Assembly (NCBI RefSeq): GCF_032191835.1
Contig: NC_083236.1
Coordinates: forward strand, 24,986,001 to 25,050,000
Direction of reading: 5' to 3'
DNA length: 64,000 nucleotides
From: Heteronotia binoei
Taxonomy: Eukaryota
In this document: piece by piece, positions 1 to 12,112 of the stretch
Layout of the letters: each line of letters opens with the position of its first letter
Numbering within the stretch: the first letter of the stretch is position 1
The notes under the pieces: model-generated
Database searches by the model: none
What the model was told of the DNA's origin: nothing
The model's input: only the letters and a program-made list of their open reading frames with translations
Program-made: the position numbers and the translations under genes

Positions 1-223
1 TGTCCTTGGGTAGAAATGCTGCTTGTGTGAATTGATACTATGTGAATTGATACTGTCACACTGGGAGCAGGACTGTTTGGGTGCCTGCTGTGATTTTGTC
101 TGGGCTGCCCCCAGCAAATGGCAATTAGTTGTCGGAGTTAGGACTAAGGTTGCCAACCTCCAGGTGGTGGTTGGAAATCTCTTGCTATTGCAACTAATCA
201 CCAAGCAACGTACTTTAGATCAG

Positions 224-504
224 GTGCAAGCACCAGTCTTTTCCGACTCTGGAGTGATGTTGCTTTCACAACATTGTCATGGCAGACTTTTTACGGGGTG
301 GTTTGCCATTGCCTTCCCCAGTCATCTACACTTTCCCCCCAGCAAGCTGCGGACTCATTTTACCAACCTTGGAAGGATGGAAGGCTGAGTCAACCTCTAG
401 CTGGCTATCTGAAAACCCAGCTTCCACTGGGGATCCAACTCAGGTTGTGAGCAGAGCTTAGGACTGCAGTACTGCAGCTTTACCACTCTGTGCCACGGGG
501 CTCT
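224..504 (-). mobile_element. tRNA-headed SINE with RTE/BovB-type tail (Squam2/MetaSINE-like; family name uncertain)
   Basis: Minus strand: tRNA-like head AGAGCCCCGTGGCACAGAGTGGTAAAG, central GTTGACTCAGCCTTCCATCCTTCC block, tail GGCAATGGCAAACCACC; near-identical copies at 2461 and 41036. Confidence 0.8.
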
Positions 505-2115
505 TAGAGAAAACAGACCCTATGGTATACCATAGATAAGAGAAGTTCAAGAGAGATATCACATCTGCCTGTGCTCCCCAAACTTCTCCCTCCCTAGGCA
601 TTACACCCAGATGTCCAGGAATTTCCCAAGCCGGAGTTGGTAACCCTAGATGCAAGCTTCTTTTACACAGCAGATTACATAGTTGTGTAACTTCCCCTAT
701 CCTTTAAGCACCCTGACAATCCACACGAAGCACTCTCGTAGATGATAATGATGATTTAATGACATGTTATATATAATATAATATAATAATTTTTTATTTC
801 TATCCCGCCCTCCCCGCCGGTACAATGTTATCAGTGTAGAGGGCTCCCTCCTTCAGCAAGCCAAAAACCTTGCCAGAACAGTACCAGGAGAGAGAACAGT
901 CCAATCCATGCTGCCAGCGTAGCATAGGAAGTGACATCATAATGTCAGTGACTTCTGGCATTGCTCTCATATTTGGTAAAAAAACTCTATGGTAAAACCA
1001 GGTTCTACCATAGAGTTTTTGCCAAATACCAGAGGGACACCCAGAAGTCTCACGTGTGATATTTCCTGTGCAATGCTGGCAGCATGGCCTGGACCTTTCT
1101 GTTTCTACTTGTATGTGGCCATGTTACTATGTGCTTGGTACAACAAGGAGCCTTCATCACCTTTCCTTCATGCAGAGCAAGATAATGCCATTAAGCAGAC
1201 TCAGAAAATGTCTGGACAGCAATTGCACAGATTATTCAGAATGTCGTTCTGAAAAAGAAAGGGCAGAAGTTGCCTGGGATGGCACGGCTGTGATTTACAG
1301 CATAATCCTAAACAAAGGTATGCACATCTAAGCCCATTTGCTTCAACGGATGCAGCAATCTAAAGCATTGCTTAGGATTGCACTGGGGGTCTCAGGTAGC
1401 TACCCTTTAATGGGAACTGTTCAGGGAGGGAGGCTCTTTATCCCTCTTATAAAATTCTAGTGCACAGCAGGTGTGGAAATGGAAATGCAATTTCCCAGCT
1501 AGGCACGTTTCCAACATTTTATGTGCTAAATCTAGGAAAAACAACTGGAACTAAGCTAATGGTTGACAGCCATGGAATAACTCAAAAGCAAAGAAACATT
1601 TCCTCCAAGAGGTCTGTGCTAAAAGCAGCAAGCTACACTACCCCTCCCCCAATATCTGCTAGTGTTCCTAAGTATGCTGAATTACTTTGTAGTGATGGAG
1701 AAAGCACATAAGCACAAACTTTCTGGAACTTTTTATGCATACCTGTGTCGCTTTCTTTTTTTAAAAAAAGGAAACTCATCTGAAGGAAGTGTACAGCTGT
1801 AACTTTTTCTGATTGATGGAAGAGGTGTGAGAACCCCATTACTATTCTCACTCTATATGCATGTTTCTCCTATCCTCCAGTAATTGGTGATCAAGGCTCT
1901 TTAGATTCAGGCAAGCATCAAACCGTATCAGGAAGAACCTGTTCCCTCCATCCCTGGAAGAAAAAAATATATCACTTTCACCTAGCGGTTAGAAATACCT
2001 ATTGGTTAGTGTCCATGCTACTACCATAGTCAACTAACACACTTCATCCAAAGAGAAGTTCTAGATTTACTGGGGAGGGAAGGCTATATCCATTTTATAA
2101 GATAAGAATACATTT

Positions 2116-2275
2116 ATTTTATTTATTTATTTATTTATGATTTGTATCCCGCCCTTCCCACAAGTGGCTCAGGGCGGCTCCCAACAATTAATCAGACATA
2201 AAATTAAACAAATATTTGAATATATAAACAATTAAAACATTTAGAACAGTTAAAACCTTAAAACCATTACATATA
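2116..2275 (-). mobile_element. L2 LINE 3' end (solo tail)
   Basis: (TTTA)n followed by GATTTGTATCCCGCCCTTCCCACAAGTGGCTCAGGGCGGCTCCC, matching the L2 tails at 4946 and ~23800. Confidence 0.75.
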
Positions 2276-2460
2276 ACAAATATGAAGCAAATTTATTCAA
2301 GCTATATCCTCCCTTCTCTAAGGCAATTTACAAAAAATCCAGAATACAACAGCAGTACAACAAAATGGAACAGCCCCACCCACCTCACAGGGTGTCTATT
2401 GTGGGGGGAGAAGATATAGGAGATCGTAAGCCGCTTTGAGTCTCTGATTCAGAGAGAGGA

Positions 2461-2735
2461 AAGGAAAGATCCCCTGTGCAAGCACCAGTCGTTTCCAACT
2501 CTGGGGTGACGTTGCTTTCACAACGTTTTCACGGCAGACTTAACGGGGTGGTTTGCCATTGCCTTCCCCAGTCATCTACACTTTCCCCTAGCAAGCCGGG
2601 TACTCATTTTACCGACTCGGAAGGATGGAAGGCTGAGTCAACCTTGAGCCGGCTACCTGAAAATGCAGCTTCCACCAGGGATCGAACTCAGGTTGTGAGC
2701 AGAGCTTAGGACTGCAGTACTGCAGCTTTAACACT
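2461..2735 (-). mobile_element. tRNA/RTE-tail SINE, head truncated
   Basis: Same family as 224-504. Confidence 0.8.
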
Positions 2736-3103
2736 GGAACAAGCCTAGTGGGAAACTGGTCCCTGTCTCTGGGTGACCTCTGTGGTGGTGGTGAAGAGTT
2801 TGCAAGCCTGCCTATTTCCTCTTCCTTCTCCGCTTCACACTTGGCAGAAAAAGTCACCCACCTATGGGTCAGCACTCATTGACTGACTGAGGGCCCGATG
2901 CTGAGCATGCTGATTTGAGAGTAAGCCTGCATTAAATTCCTCCTGAACCTTTGGGAGCCACACAATATGCATGAAAGAACCACATATGGCTCCCAAGTCA
3001 CAGTCTGGCCACAACTGCCATACACTCTTATGGGAACCAGATAAAAGATTGCCCTTCTTATCTCTATAAGGAACAAATTCCAAGGGGCATGAACTGCAGT
3101 TGA

Positions 3104-3537
3104 TAGGGATGCCAGCCTCCAGGTGGGACATGGGGATCCCCTGGAATTACAGATTATTTCCAGAATAGAGAGATCAGTGGGCAGGTGGACTCTTACAGAG
3201 AGAGAGGTGGCCTTCAGCTATGTGGATCCCTTGCCTTGAACACCTTTATAAGCCCAGAACAGCACCTTGAATTCAACCTGGTAAAGATCAAAAGCAGCTG
3301 CATTTGCACTAGTTGAAGCTTCCTAATTATCCTTAAGGGCAGTCATTATTTCCAGAATAGAGAGATCAGTTCTCCTGGAGAACAAGGATGGAGGGTGGAC
3401 TCTATGGCACTGTACCTTACTGAGGTCCTAGTCTTCTCCAGGCTTCACCCTCAAATCTCCAGGAGCTTCCCAACCTGGATCTGCTAACTCTATCCTTCCT
3501 TTCTCTGTTGGTGGCCAGGAGGGACCTGGCAACCCTA
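3104..3537. mobile_element. Short non-autonomous DNA element with TAGGGTTGCC-type termini (hAT-like), interrupted by a templated insertion
   Basis: TAGGGATGCC...GGCAACCCTA ends; many related copies in the window (approx. 13320, 16000, 17810, 23200, 24700, 32550, 41460). Confidence 0.6.
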
Positions 3538-3559
3538 GCCTGGTAGCAGGGTGGCACTA

Positions 3560-3830
3560 AGTAACACAGGTTGCTCATTTGATCTTAATGGGCAGGTGGA
3601 CTCTTACAGAGAGAGAGGTGGCCTTCAGCTATGTGGATCCCTTGCCTTGAACACCTTTATAAGCCCAGAACAGCACCTTGAATTCAACCTGGTAAAGATC
3701 AAAAGCAGCTGCATTTGCACTAGTTGAAGCTTCCTAATTATCCTTAAGGGCAGTCATACATACAATCACATTGCAGTTATCACAGAGATTAGTAGCATAT
3801 GGATCAATATGACACAGTCAGCTCTTTCAA
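3560..3830 (-). mobile_element. Old L2 RT fragment
   Basis: Degenerate minus-strand similarity to the L2 C-terminal block (LDYCN...LQLVQNAAA...FKVLV...). Confidence 0.55.
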
Positions 3831-3899
3831 GATGTGCAAAAATTTAAAAAGGTGCTTCTGGACACAATAACAATCTGTTTAGTCCCTTAATTAAACCCC

Positions 3900-4945
3900 T
3901 TGATGTGCAGGGTCCCTCAGGAGCAATCCTCTTTCCAATGTTGTTTAACTTCTGTATGTGCCACCTTATCCAGCTGATGAGGAGTTTCAGGCTGGGTTGT
4001 CATCAGTATGCAGATGACATCCTGCTGAATCTGTTGATGGCCAGATGACCATGGTTGGATGGTTGAAGGAACGTCAGTTGAGACTGAATCCATCAAAGAC
4101 GGAGGTTCTGAAGCTAGGTAGGGGAATTCAGGGTTGGAGTTTAAACTCCCAGCTCTTGATGGTGTACCTTTAACAATGGTGCTGACCATCAAGAGCTTGG
4201 GTGTGCTTCTGAATGCTTCCTTACCAATGGAGGCCCAGATCACAAATATTGTCAGACTGGTGTATCTCCAGTTGCACCAGGTCAGGCCACTGACCTCCTT
4301 CTTGTCTCAACCTGATCCAAGCCAGAGTAATCCACACAATGGTCACCACCTCCAGGTTAGACTACTGTAACTCACTCTATGCAGGGCTACCCTTAATACT
4401 GACCCAGAAATTACAACTGGTCCAGAGTGCAGCAGCCTGGGTCCTTACTGGAACCCCACTGACAGTGCACATTCAGCCAGTGCTTCACCAACTGCACTGG
4501 CTCAAGGTTGAATACCAGATCAGGGTCAAGGTTTTGGCACTAACCTTCAAGGACCTAAATTATCTGGGACCAATGTACCTACAGGACTGCCTCTCCTGGT
4601 ATACCCCCAGAAGAACATTACGCTCTAGAGAGAAGAACTTCCTGGTGATCCCTGGCCCAAAAGATATCCGGATGTCCTCAACCAGAGCCACAGCCTTTTC
4701 TGCCCTGGTGGAACTCTCTGCCTAATGACATCTGCAGAACTTAGTACAATTCCATAGGGCCTGTAAAATAGAGACGATTGAGGACAACAACGGTTTGTCC
4801 TCGAGCCTGGCCTCCTCCATCCCTTTCTCTCCCCTCAGGGGAAATGTACTAGATTTGGTTTTAAACACCATTTGAAATAGTTATATTTTTGTGATGTTTT
4901 GCCTGTTTTAATTTGATTATAAATGTATTTATGTATTTGTTGAAA
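3900..4945 (+). mobile_element. L2 LINE fragment (RT to 3' UTR), decayed
   Basis: Degenerate PQG...LFN and HQYADD motifs, then VKSLGV-like and [16 protein letters not shown]...LHWL blocks (ORFs 4134-4370, 4339-4725). Confidence 0.85.
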
Positions 4946-5700
4946 TTTTATTTATTTATTTATTTATGATTTGTATCCCGCCCTTCCCACAAGTGGCTCA
5001 GGGCGGCTCCCAACAGTTAGTTTAACAAAAATTAAACAGATATTTAAATATATAAGCAATAAAAACATATAAAACTGTTAAAACCATAAAACCATTGAAC
5101 ATTACAGAAATATGTATCACAAGTCTGGCAAGCTACATTTAGTTTCACATCTCAGCTAGGTGTAGGCTAGCCAGAAGAGGGTTGTCTTACAGGCCCTGCG
5201 GAACTGAACAAGGTCCCGCAGGGCCCTCACCTCCTCCGGCAGCTGATTCCACCATGTAGGGGCCATAACAGAGAAGGCCCTGTCCCTGGTGGATTTTAGG
5301 CAGGCTTCTTTTGGCCCAGGGATAGCGAGAAGATTTTGGGTTCCCGGTCTCAGTACTCTCTGGGGAACGTGTGGGGAGAGACGGTCCTTCAGGTAGGCAG
5401 GTCCCAGGCCATATAGGGCTTTAAAGGTAATAACCAGCACCTTGTACCGAACTCAGTATATCACTGGAAGCCAGTGCAGAGTCCGAAGACCCGGCCGAAT
5501 ATGTCCCCATCTTGGGAGGCCCAATAACAGCCGGGCCGCAGCATTCTGCACCAGCTGCAATTTCCGAGTTCGGGACAGGGGCAGCCCCATGTAGAGGGCA
5601 TTGCAGTAGTCCAACCTCGAAGTGACCGTTCGAGGTGGATCACTGTTGCTAGGTCGTCGCGATCCAGGAAGGGGGCCAACTGTTCAGTTCCCTGAGTCCT
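4946..5700 (-). mobile_element. L2 LINE, 5'-truncated, younger
   Basis: ORF 5156-5440 (FKALYGLGPAYLKDRL...WNQLPEEVR) plus (TAAA)n tail; lies tail-to-tail with the plus-strand L2. Confidence 0.9.
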
Positions 5701-6428
5701 GCTTGCAGGGGTAGGGCAGTTCTGGGAATTGCTGAAGGACAGAGAAAGCAGGTCCTGATGGCTTTCTTTAAAAGATGTAAAACTGGGTATAGGGGTATCA
5801 CTTCTGTGATCCAGGACAAGTCTGAAGTCCAGCTGACAAAGGTCAAGGGAAGAGGTTTCATTCAGATAATCCTGGATTTGCTCTGCTACAACTGGCTCAA
5901 TTATCCTGTTCTCCAAAGGAAAACTTAATGCATGTTTAAAGTTGGCCATCTCCCAATTATCCAAAGTTGTTTTCTTATTTTAAAGCCGAGGATAATCCAT
6001 CTTCAGATGATGAGGCATTAATTGTTTTAACCAACCATCCTCCAAATTCCCATTGTCTCATTTTTACAAGCCACAATGGGCAAAGATCCAATTTGCAAGT
6101 GGTGGCCTTTACAGCCCACAGTACCTTGTCTACTATAGACAGGGCAATTAATCCACAGTGATCCACAGAAAGCTGACAAGCGGATGCCTCACACAGCTCT
6201 GATAATATCCTCTACATTTTCAGTGAAGTTTGCTTGACCAAATTTAAGTGATTTTATGAACACAGGAATACATAAAACCAAGCCACTGAAGGCGTACCTA
6301 TTGTGGACTCAGACCTCTGTTTTAGCAGTCCACGAACCACATGGAAAAATTCAGTTGGATGCAATTCAGAATTGAAGTGGTGGCAGAAAATAAATATTTG
6401 TCATCATGTGGCTAGCTAATCTCTATAG

Positions 6429-6771
6429 CAGGGGTCCTCAACCTTTTTAAATAGGGGGCCAGTTCACTGTCCCTCAGACTGTTGGAGGGCCGGACTGCCG
6501 TTACTGTACAAGGCCGCGGGCCGTCAGTTCTCCGTCTTCTGCATCTCTCTCCCTTCCCCACACCACACACCCTGGCCTGGGAACTCACCTCACCTCGGTA
6601 TCACCTCACACTCTGTCTCCGCCGCCTCAGCCCAGTGCCGGAAGTGTGCGTTGCTAACGCAAGTTTAGGTCGAACGTCACTTCCGGTCTGATTTTGCCAT
6701 AACCCGGCAGGCCGCATAAATGTCCTCAGCGGGCCGCATCTGGCCCGTGGGCCGTAGGTTGAGGACCCCTG
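6429..6771. mobile_element. Non-autonomous hAT (Charlie/Buster-like) MITE, copy 1
   Basis: TIR CAGGGGTCCTCAACCT/AGGTTGAGGACCCCTG; perfect 8-bp TSD CTCTATAG (6421-6428, 6772-6779). Confidence 0.93.
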
Positions 6772-6799
6772 CTCTATAGTATGTCTTGTGATGTCACAG

Positions 6800-7070
6800 T
6801 GACCAATTTCCCACTCACCTCATGCTGCTGTCACATTCCTCTTCTCAGCTTCCTTCTGATTTCACACTATGTGCCCCGGGGATGCAACTAGCTTCGGCTT
6901 TTTTGCGCTGCAAACAGAAACTGGTTTTAAGAAGGTTTCTGTTTTCCGTGCGAAAACGCCGATGCTAGCTGCAGCCCCAGGGCAAATAGTGTGAAATCGG
7001 AAGGAAGCCCCACTGAGAAGAGGAATGTGAGATCGGCATAAGGTGAGTGAGAAATCAGCCAGTGAGTTTT
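6800..7070. mobile_element. Old palindromic MITE (PIF/Harbinger-like)
   Basis: Imperfect ~270-bp hairpin with a centre resembling 16636-16921. Confidence 0.6.
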
Positions 7071-7429
7071 CCTTCCACTCAGGTTCCATGATGTGAGCCA
7101 CCAAGGAACAATCCAATCAGTGCCTAACAAGGGCACTCATAGTTTTCAAACCATCCCACAGAATATTCCAAAATACTAGAGGCTTCATAAATCTGCATGG
7201 GTAGGGGTTACCAACTCCAACTCTGATCTGGGGAATGCCACGAACTCCACCCACTAAATATTCAATATCCTCCAGGGGAACTGATTTTGGTAGTCCGGAG
7301 ATCAGTGGTAATACCAGTAGAACTCCAGAACCTAGAAGATGGCAACTACATCAAGGGTAGACCATCCTACCTGCTCTCTACCTGTATGGGGACATCCACA
7401 TGCTTACAACAGGTAAAGATCTGTCAATG

Positions 7430-7620
7430 TTGGGGGGGGGGGTGTAGCAGGAACTCCTTTGCATATTAGGCTATACCCCTTCCCCGATGTAGCCAATCCT
7501 CATGGAGCTTACAATAGGCTCTGTAAGACGAGTCCTGTAAACTCTTGGAGGATTGGCTACATCAGGTGCAGGGGGGTGTAGCCTAATATGCAAAGGAGTT
7601 CCTGCTACAACCCCCCCCCG
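7430..7620. mobile_element. Palindromic hAT-like MITE (GTAGCAGGAACTCCTTTGCATATTAGG family)
   Basis: Inverted arms; same family as 19348, 39833 and 60623, but with G/C runs at the ends instead of T/A runs. Confidence 0.75.
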
Positions 7621-7666
7621 TGTCCATGACATTGATTTAATTTAAGTAGCCGCCACCCAGTCACTG

Positions 7667-7870
7667 TTCTGACCTGGATGGCCCAGGTTAGCTTGAATCT
7701 TGTCACATCTTGGAAGCTAAACAGGATCAGCCCCTGCTTAGTACTCGGACGGGAGATTACCAAGGAAGTCCAGGGTTGCTATGCAGAGGCAGGCAATGGC
7801 AAACCATCTCTGTTCATCACCTTGAAAACCCTATGATGTTGCCACACATCAGCTATGACTTATAGCATTG
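7667..7870 (+). mobile_element. 5S rRNA-derived SINE with RTE/BovB-type tail
   Basis: 5S-like GGAAGCTAA.CAGG...TTAGTACT.GGA.GGGAGA, then GGCAATGGCAAACC tail. Confidence 0.8.
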
Positions 7871-8017
7871 TCCACCCCCGCCAGGTCACCAATGTCTTTG
7901 TTACTGCAGAAAATGAAATCTAATGCACACACTTTTTCATGCATGCAGTTAATCTCAATGCAGGACAGCTCAATCATCCTGGCAGTCAAATATCCTGCTT
8001 TGGGAGGATAACCATGT

Positions 8018-8115
8018 TGGTCTGCAGTAGAAGAGCTAAATCCAAGTCCATTAGCACCCTAAAGACCAGGTAGGTTTTCAGGGTTTGAGAGTCAAAGAGC
8101 CTCTGTCAGATACAA
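8018..8115 (-). mobile_element. Penelope-like element terminal fragment, decayed
   Basis: GTTGGTCTG...AGTCC..TAGCACC.TAAAGACC, the reverse complement of the PLE terminal motif. Confidence 0.55.
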
Positions 8116-9689
8116 ATAGGAACAGCGATCCAGAAGTGCTTATATCTCAAGTGTTATAAATCCAAGGAATTCAAGCAGAAAACACAAGACTAGAACAGAC
8201 AGGAAGCCCACTGGGCAGCTAGGCTAATGGGGCAGCAACTAGATCCTTAATCTGTCCCTGGGTCCCAGCACAAGAAACTTACTAGCAAGGCCCCCCTGTC
8301 ATCTACAAAAGGAGATAGATTTATGTGGGGTTATGGCTGCTCCCCATCCATGTGCTCCCCACCTAGTTAAAAGTAAATCACAAATCTCAAGCAGTCAGGT
8401 CCGATCTATTTTCTCTTCCACCTTCAAACATATACTATCTCTTCCACTATTGAAATACAGATTGTATCTTCCACAATCTGAACCTGACTGCAAGATTTTT
8501 GGGACAGACGTGTCTTTTTTTGCTTACGCTACTCTTTTAAGCGCCATCAAATCAGCAATTCAGGTAATACATGACAATAACCATGTTCAAGGTCTAATAT
8601 TCCAAGCCAAGTGGGGCTCTTTCACATGTGCTTCAGAAACACTTAGCCTGTCATTCCTCCCCAGACTCCCATCTGTGGTTCCACTGCTTTTCTTGAGCGC
8701 AGCCAATATGCCAAGTGCCTGGGAAAGCTGTCAGACACTTTGAGGGTAGACCCTTCCCCCTCCTCTACACACACATTTGGCTTGCTTGGCCATGTTGGAA
8801 TGTCACACCTGGTGTGGTGGGGGTCTGTCAGAGGAAAGGAAGAGATCATGCAAGTCCATGGGAGACATTCCATGCAGCTCTGTAGCCTGATCTCTCTCAT
8901 ACATCTCAACAACCGGTTTCAAAGTATTTGCACAAGAACCGCATTTTCATCTGCATCCACTCTGCAGGCTCTGAAGAGCAACTTGGATTCTTGAGAGCCT
9001 TTGGTTGTCAAGAGCCTCTAAATCTTCTGCATGCTCCCTACACAGCGTTTGCTTTCCTTCAATTTTATATTTTACCTTTGATAACAGCTGAAAGCTCACC
9101 AGATTATAAATATTTTTTTCTTAGCAAAGATTCCCACCATCTTGGACCGAAAGCTCTCAACAGCAACAGCTGCTCCTGTGAGATTTTGGTAACTGGATAA
9201 TTCACCCCTTCCACATTTGGCTCCCCGCCAAGCTCTTCCAAGGACGTACGTTTCAGTTTGGTTATGGAGGATTCTGGTTTTGAACCTGCGACCCTGTTGC
9301 TGAAATCTGACGAGGGCTGAATCGAGACTGTTTTGTTAGGCCCACTGTGTTTCTTAACGTGTGAATTTGGCTGAGCCCCCAGATCATGGGGAGGAGGGAG
9401 AGAGGGTCAAGCCTTATCAACACATAACACAGCAAGCCACTTCAAATGTCCTTGTCAATTTCCCATCTCCCACTGACAATGCTCTTCCCTACTCTTCTTG
9501 ACAGACCACCTACCAATTTTGCAATTTCAAGGCTCTGGCAAATGGTAGCAGGCAGTTACACACACAGAGCCCAAAGTGAACGGTCCACCTCTGCCTTTTC
9601 TTCCATCAGCATCATTGAGCCTATTAAGTTTCATGTCCTCCCCCGCTAAAAAAAAAGGGGGGGGGGAGAATTTAAGTTTTGAATGACTG

Positions 9690-10340
9690 GACAAAGCGCA
9701 GTTTAGGGATGATTCTTTCCCTCTACAAGGAAAGGTGAAAGTGCATGGGATTTCTCGGTTAGGAAAAAACAAAGATGGGGAACTTAACATAAGTTTATAA
9801 AATGTAGAAAATGAGTAATGTGACTCTTCTAGAAACATTAGAATTCAGGGTCACCCAATTAAACTGGCTGGCAGTAAATACAAGGAAGATAAAAGTGGAA
9901 ATGTAAAATTTTCGGAGTCATGAGGGACGGAGGGAGAAAGGAAGGAAGGAAGATAAAGTCTAGCTTCCCCCACCCTTGGCTTTAAAGGTATTTTTTCACA
10001 GTGAAATTGTGGACTTCCTTTCTGAAGTCACTGCCATGATGATAGCTATTGCTTAGAAAACAGACAAATTCACAAATGATAATTTCCGGCTCTTCAGAGG
10101 TCTAACTATCTCCATTTAGCGATCATAGCCAATAACCATGGGTGGATCTGATAGCTATTAAACCTGACAGAAAGTAGACTGGATAGCTGGATGCTAGAAA
10201 CATTCATAGACAAAAGTTATGAGGGCAAGCTTCAGGTCCTGTTCATGATCATCCCAGGAACTGCCGGGTGGCCCCTATTAGAAACAGGGTCCTGGACCAG
10301 AAGATGCCTTCAGTCTGATCCATCAGGACTTTTCTAGGGA
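9690..10340 (+). mobile_element. Old CR1 LINE 3' fragment
   Basis: Degenerate RGHP.KL.G...DK motif near 9850 and a CR1-like 3' UTR ending GTCTGATCC. Confidence 0.5.
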
Positions 10341-11904
10341 TACAGAAATGGTTTTCAAGGCTCAGACATTTCATTTCAAGTTTCTGCAAATTTTGTAATG
10401 GTGCAGCTCAACTTGGCAAGTTGAATATAGCAATTTTTTACACGTTGGTTTCAGCTTTTAGTTCTTACCACAAACTACCATTCAATACTGGCCTCTAGTG
10501 CAGTGACTGGTTTTAGCTGGAATAGTCCAAAAAGCGATGGGGAAAAGCAAATGAAATGTTTCATTTGACCCATCCCAAAGATACTCTTTTCATCAACATT
10601 TCCAATATTTCACACAGAAAAATAACACTTAGCATATATAGCACAAGTTTTCAAAGCACATATATTATCTTGTTACTAATGTTACAACACTGGTTATATT
10701 ACAGAAGAGGTACACAGGCTTGTCTAGACATTCTTCTCCCTCTTCCATGGTGCACAAACGCTACTGAATTCAATGGCTCTTCTTAGAAAGTGTGCACAGG
10801 ATTGCTGTGTTAACTTCTGGAGAGCCAGGATGGGGCTCAAACTTGGAAGAGCCTTTGTGCAGATGTGTGAATACTTGCAGCTTTTAATAAGCAGTTGCAT
10901 TATTTCCCTAGTGTTTAAGCAGGGACAGTTCCTAGGGAATTAGCACAGCTGGAACATCTGCATCTGGGAATTTCCCTTCACGGGGGGGGGGTTCCTCTGT
11001 GTTTAAAAGGCAGACAACAAAGCAAAGCAGAAACAGAAGGACAAATGAATTTTTTTTCCTGAAGCGAGTTGTTCTGGCTGCTCTGAGTATGGATAAATTG
11101 TGATCTTTGTGAATCATCCACAGACATGTGCAATTTTCCTCAAGTGTGTTTTACTCAAAACCTGCACCCAAGTCCAAGCTTGCAAATTTCCTTCAATTGA
11201 TGCTAACTGTGGAACCATCAGTTTGCCCTCCAAACTTCCACTGCATTCAGGGTCTATTCTGCAGGCCTCCACTCTGAGCCAAAGACTTGCATTGGGTGGA
11301 AACAAAGAAGCCACAGGGCAACACTGCCAACCAGCACTATTTAAAAAACATCTGCTCCATGATAAAAAGCAAACTGCATTCTGACACTGAACCAAATCCA
11401 GAAGACATTGTCCCTAACGTCTGGTGAGGGACTTTGCCAACAGGTTTTTGGGAAATCCAGCAATTTCACATCAATCATATCACACCTTTCATGTGGCTTA
11501 CTGAGATTCCCAAACTCCAAAAGTTTGGTGAGGCATGTCAGTATTATAACATGTTGCTTTTTTTCGTGTTCTCACCAACTTGTGAACAGACCTTTAGCTG
11601 CAATTTTAAGAAGTGTTAGTTCTTCTAAGCCCATTGAGTTCAATGGACTTGGAAAGGTTTAACTGTACCCTAGGACTGCACTGTGAGAAGGAAAACCTGG
11701 GAAGGGCCTATACACAAAGGAACAAGCTAGATCCCCTCCATCTGAGTGGAATCCCCAACAACGTCCCACAGTGTCCTTCCATACAAGTGAATAGTTCTGT
11801 TCCAATACACAGAACTTGGAAACGCTATTCAGATGACACCAAAACCTACCATCATGTTCCCTTCTCCAGACAGGAATTCTATGACAGAAAGGGATGCATC
11901 TGCC

Positions 11905-12112
11905 TCTAGTGTGGCACAGTGGTTAGAGTGTCAAATTAGGATCTGGGAGACCCAGGTTTGAATCCCCACTCTGCTAAGGGTAGCCTTGGACCAGTCACAC
12001 ACTCTCAGCCTAACCTACCTCACAGGGTTGTTGTGGGGAGAGGGAAACAATATAAGCTACTTTACATCCCCATTCAGGAGAATAATAGGGTATAAATGAA
12101 GTAAATAAATAA
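11905..12112 (+). mobile_element. MIR/Ther1-related SINE (Squam3-like, older)
   Basis: tRNA head TGGCACAGTGGTTAGAG...GTTTGAATCCCC; CTCAGCCTAACCTACCTCACAGGGTTGTTGTG core; (TAAA)n tail. Confidence 0.75.

Noticed and set aside
11440-11585. Two small hairpins as a possible miRNA or structured RNA
   Set aside because: Stems are only ~11-12 bp with large loops and match no miRNA I recognise.
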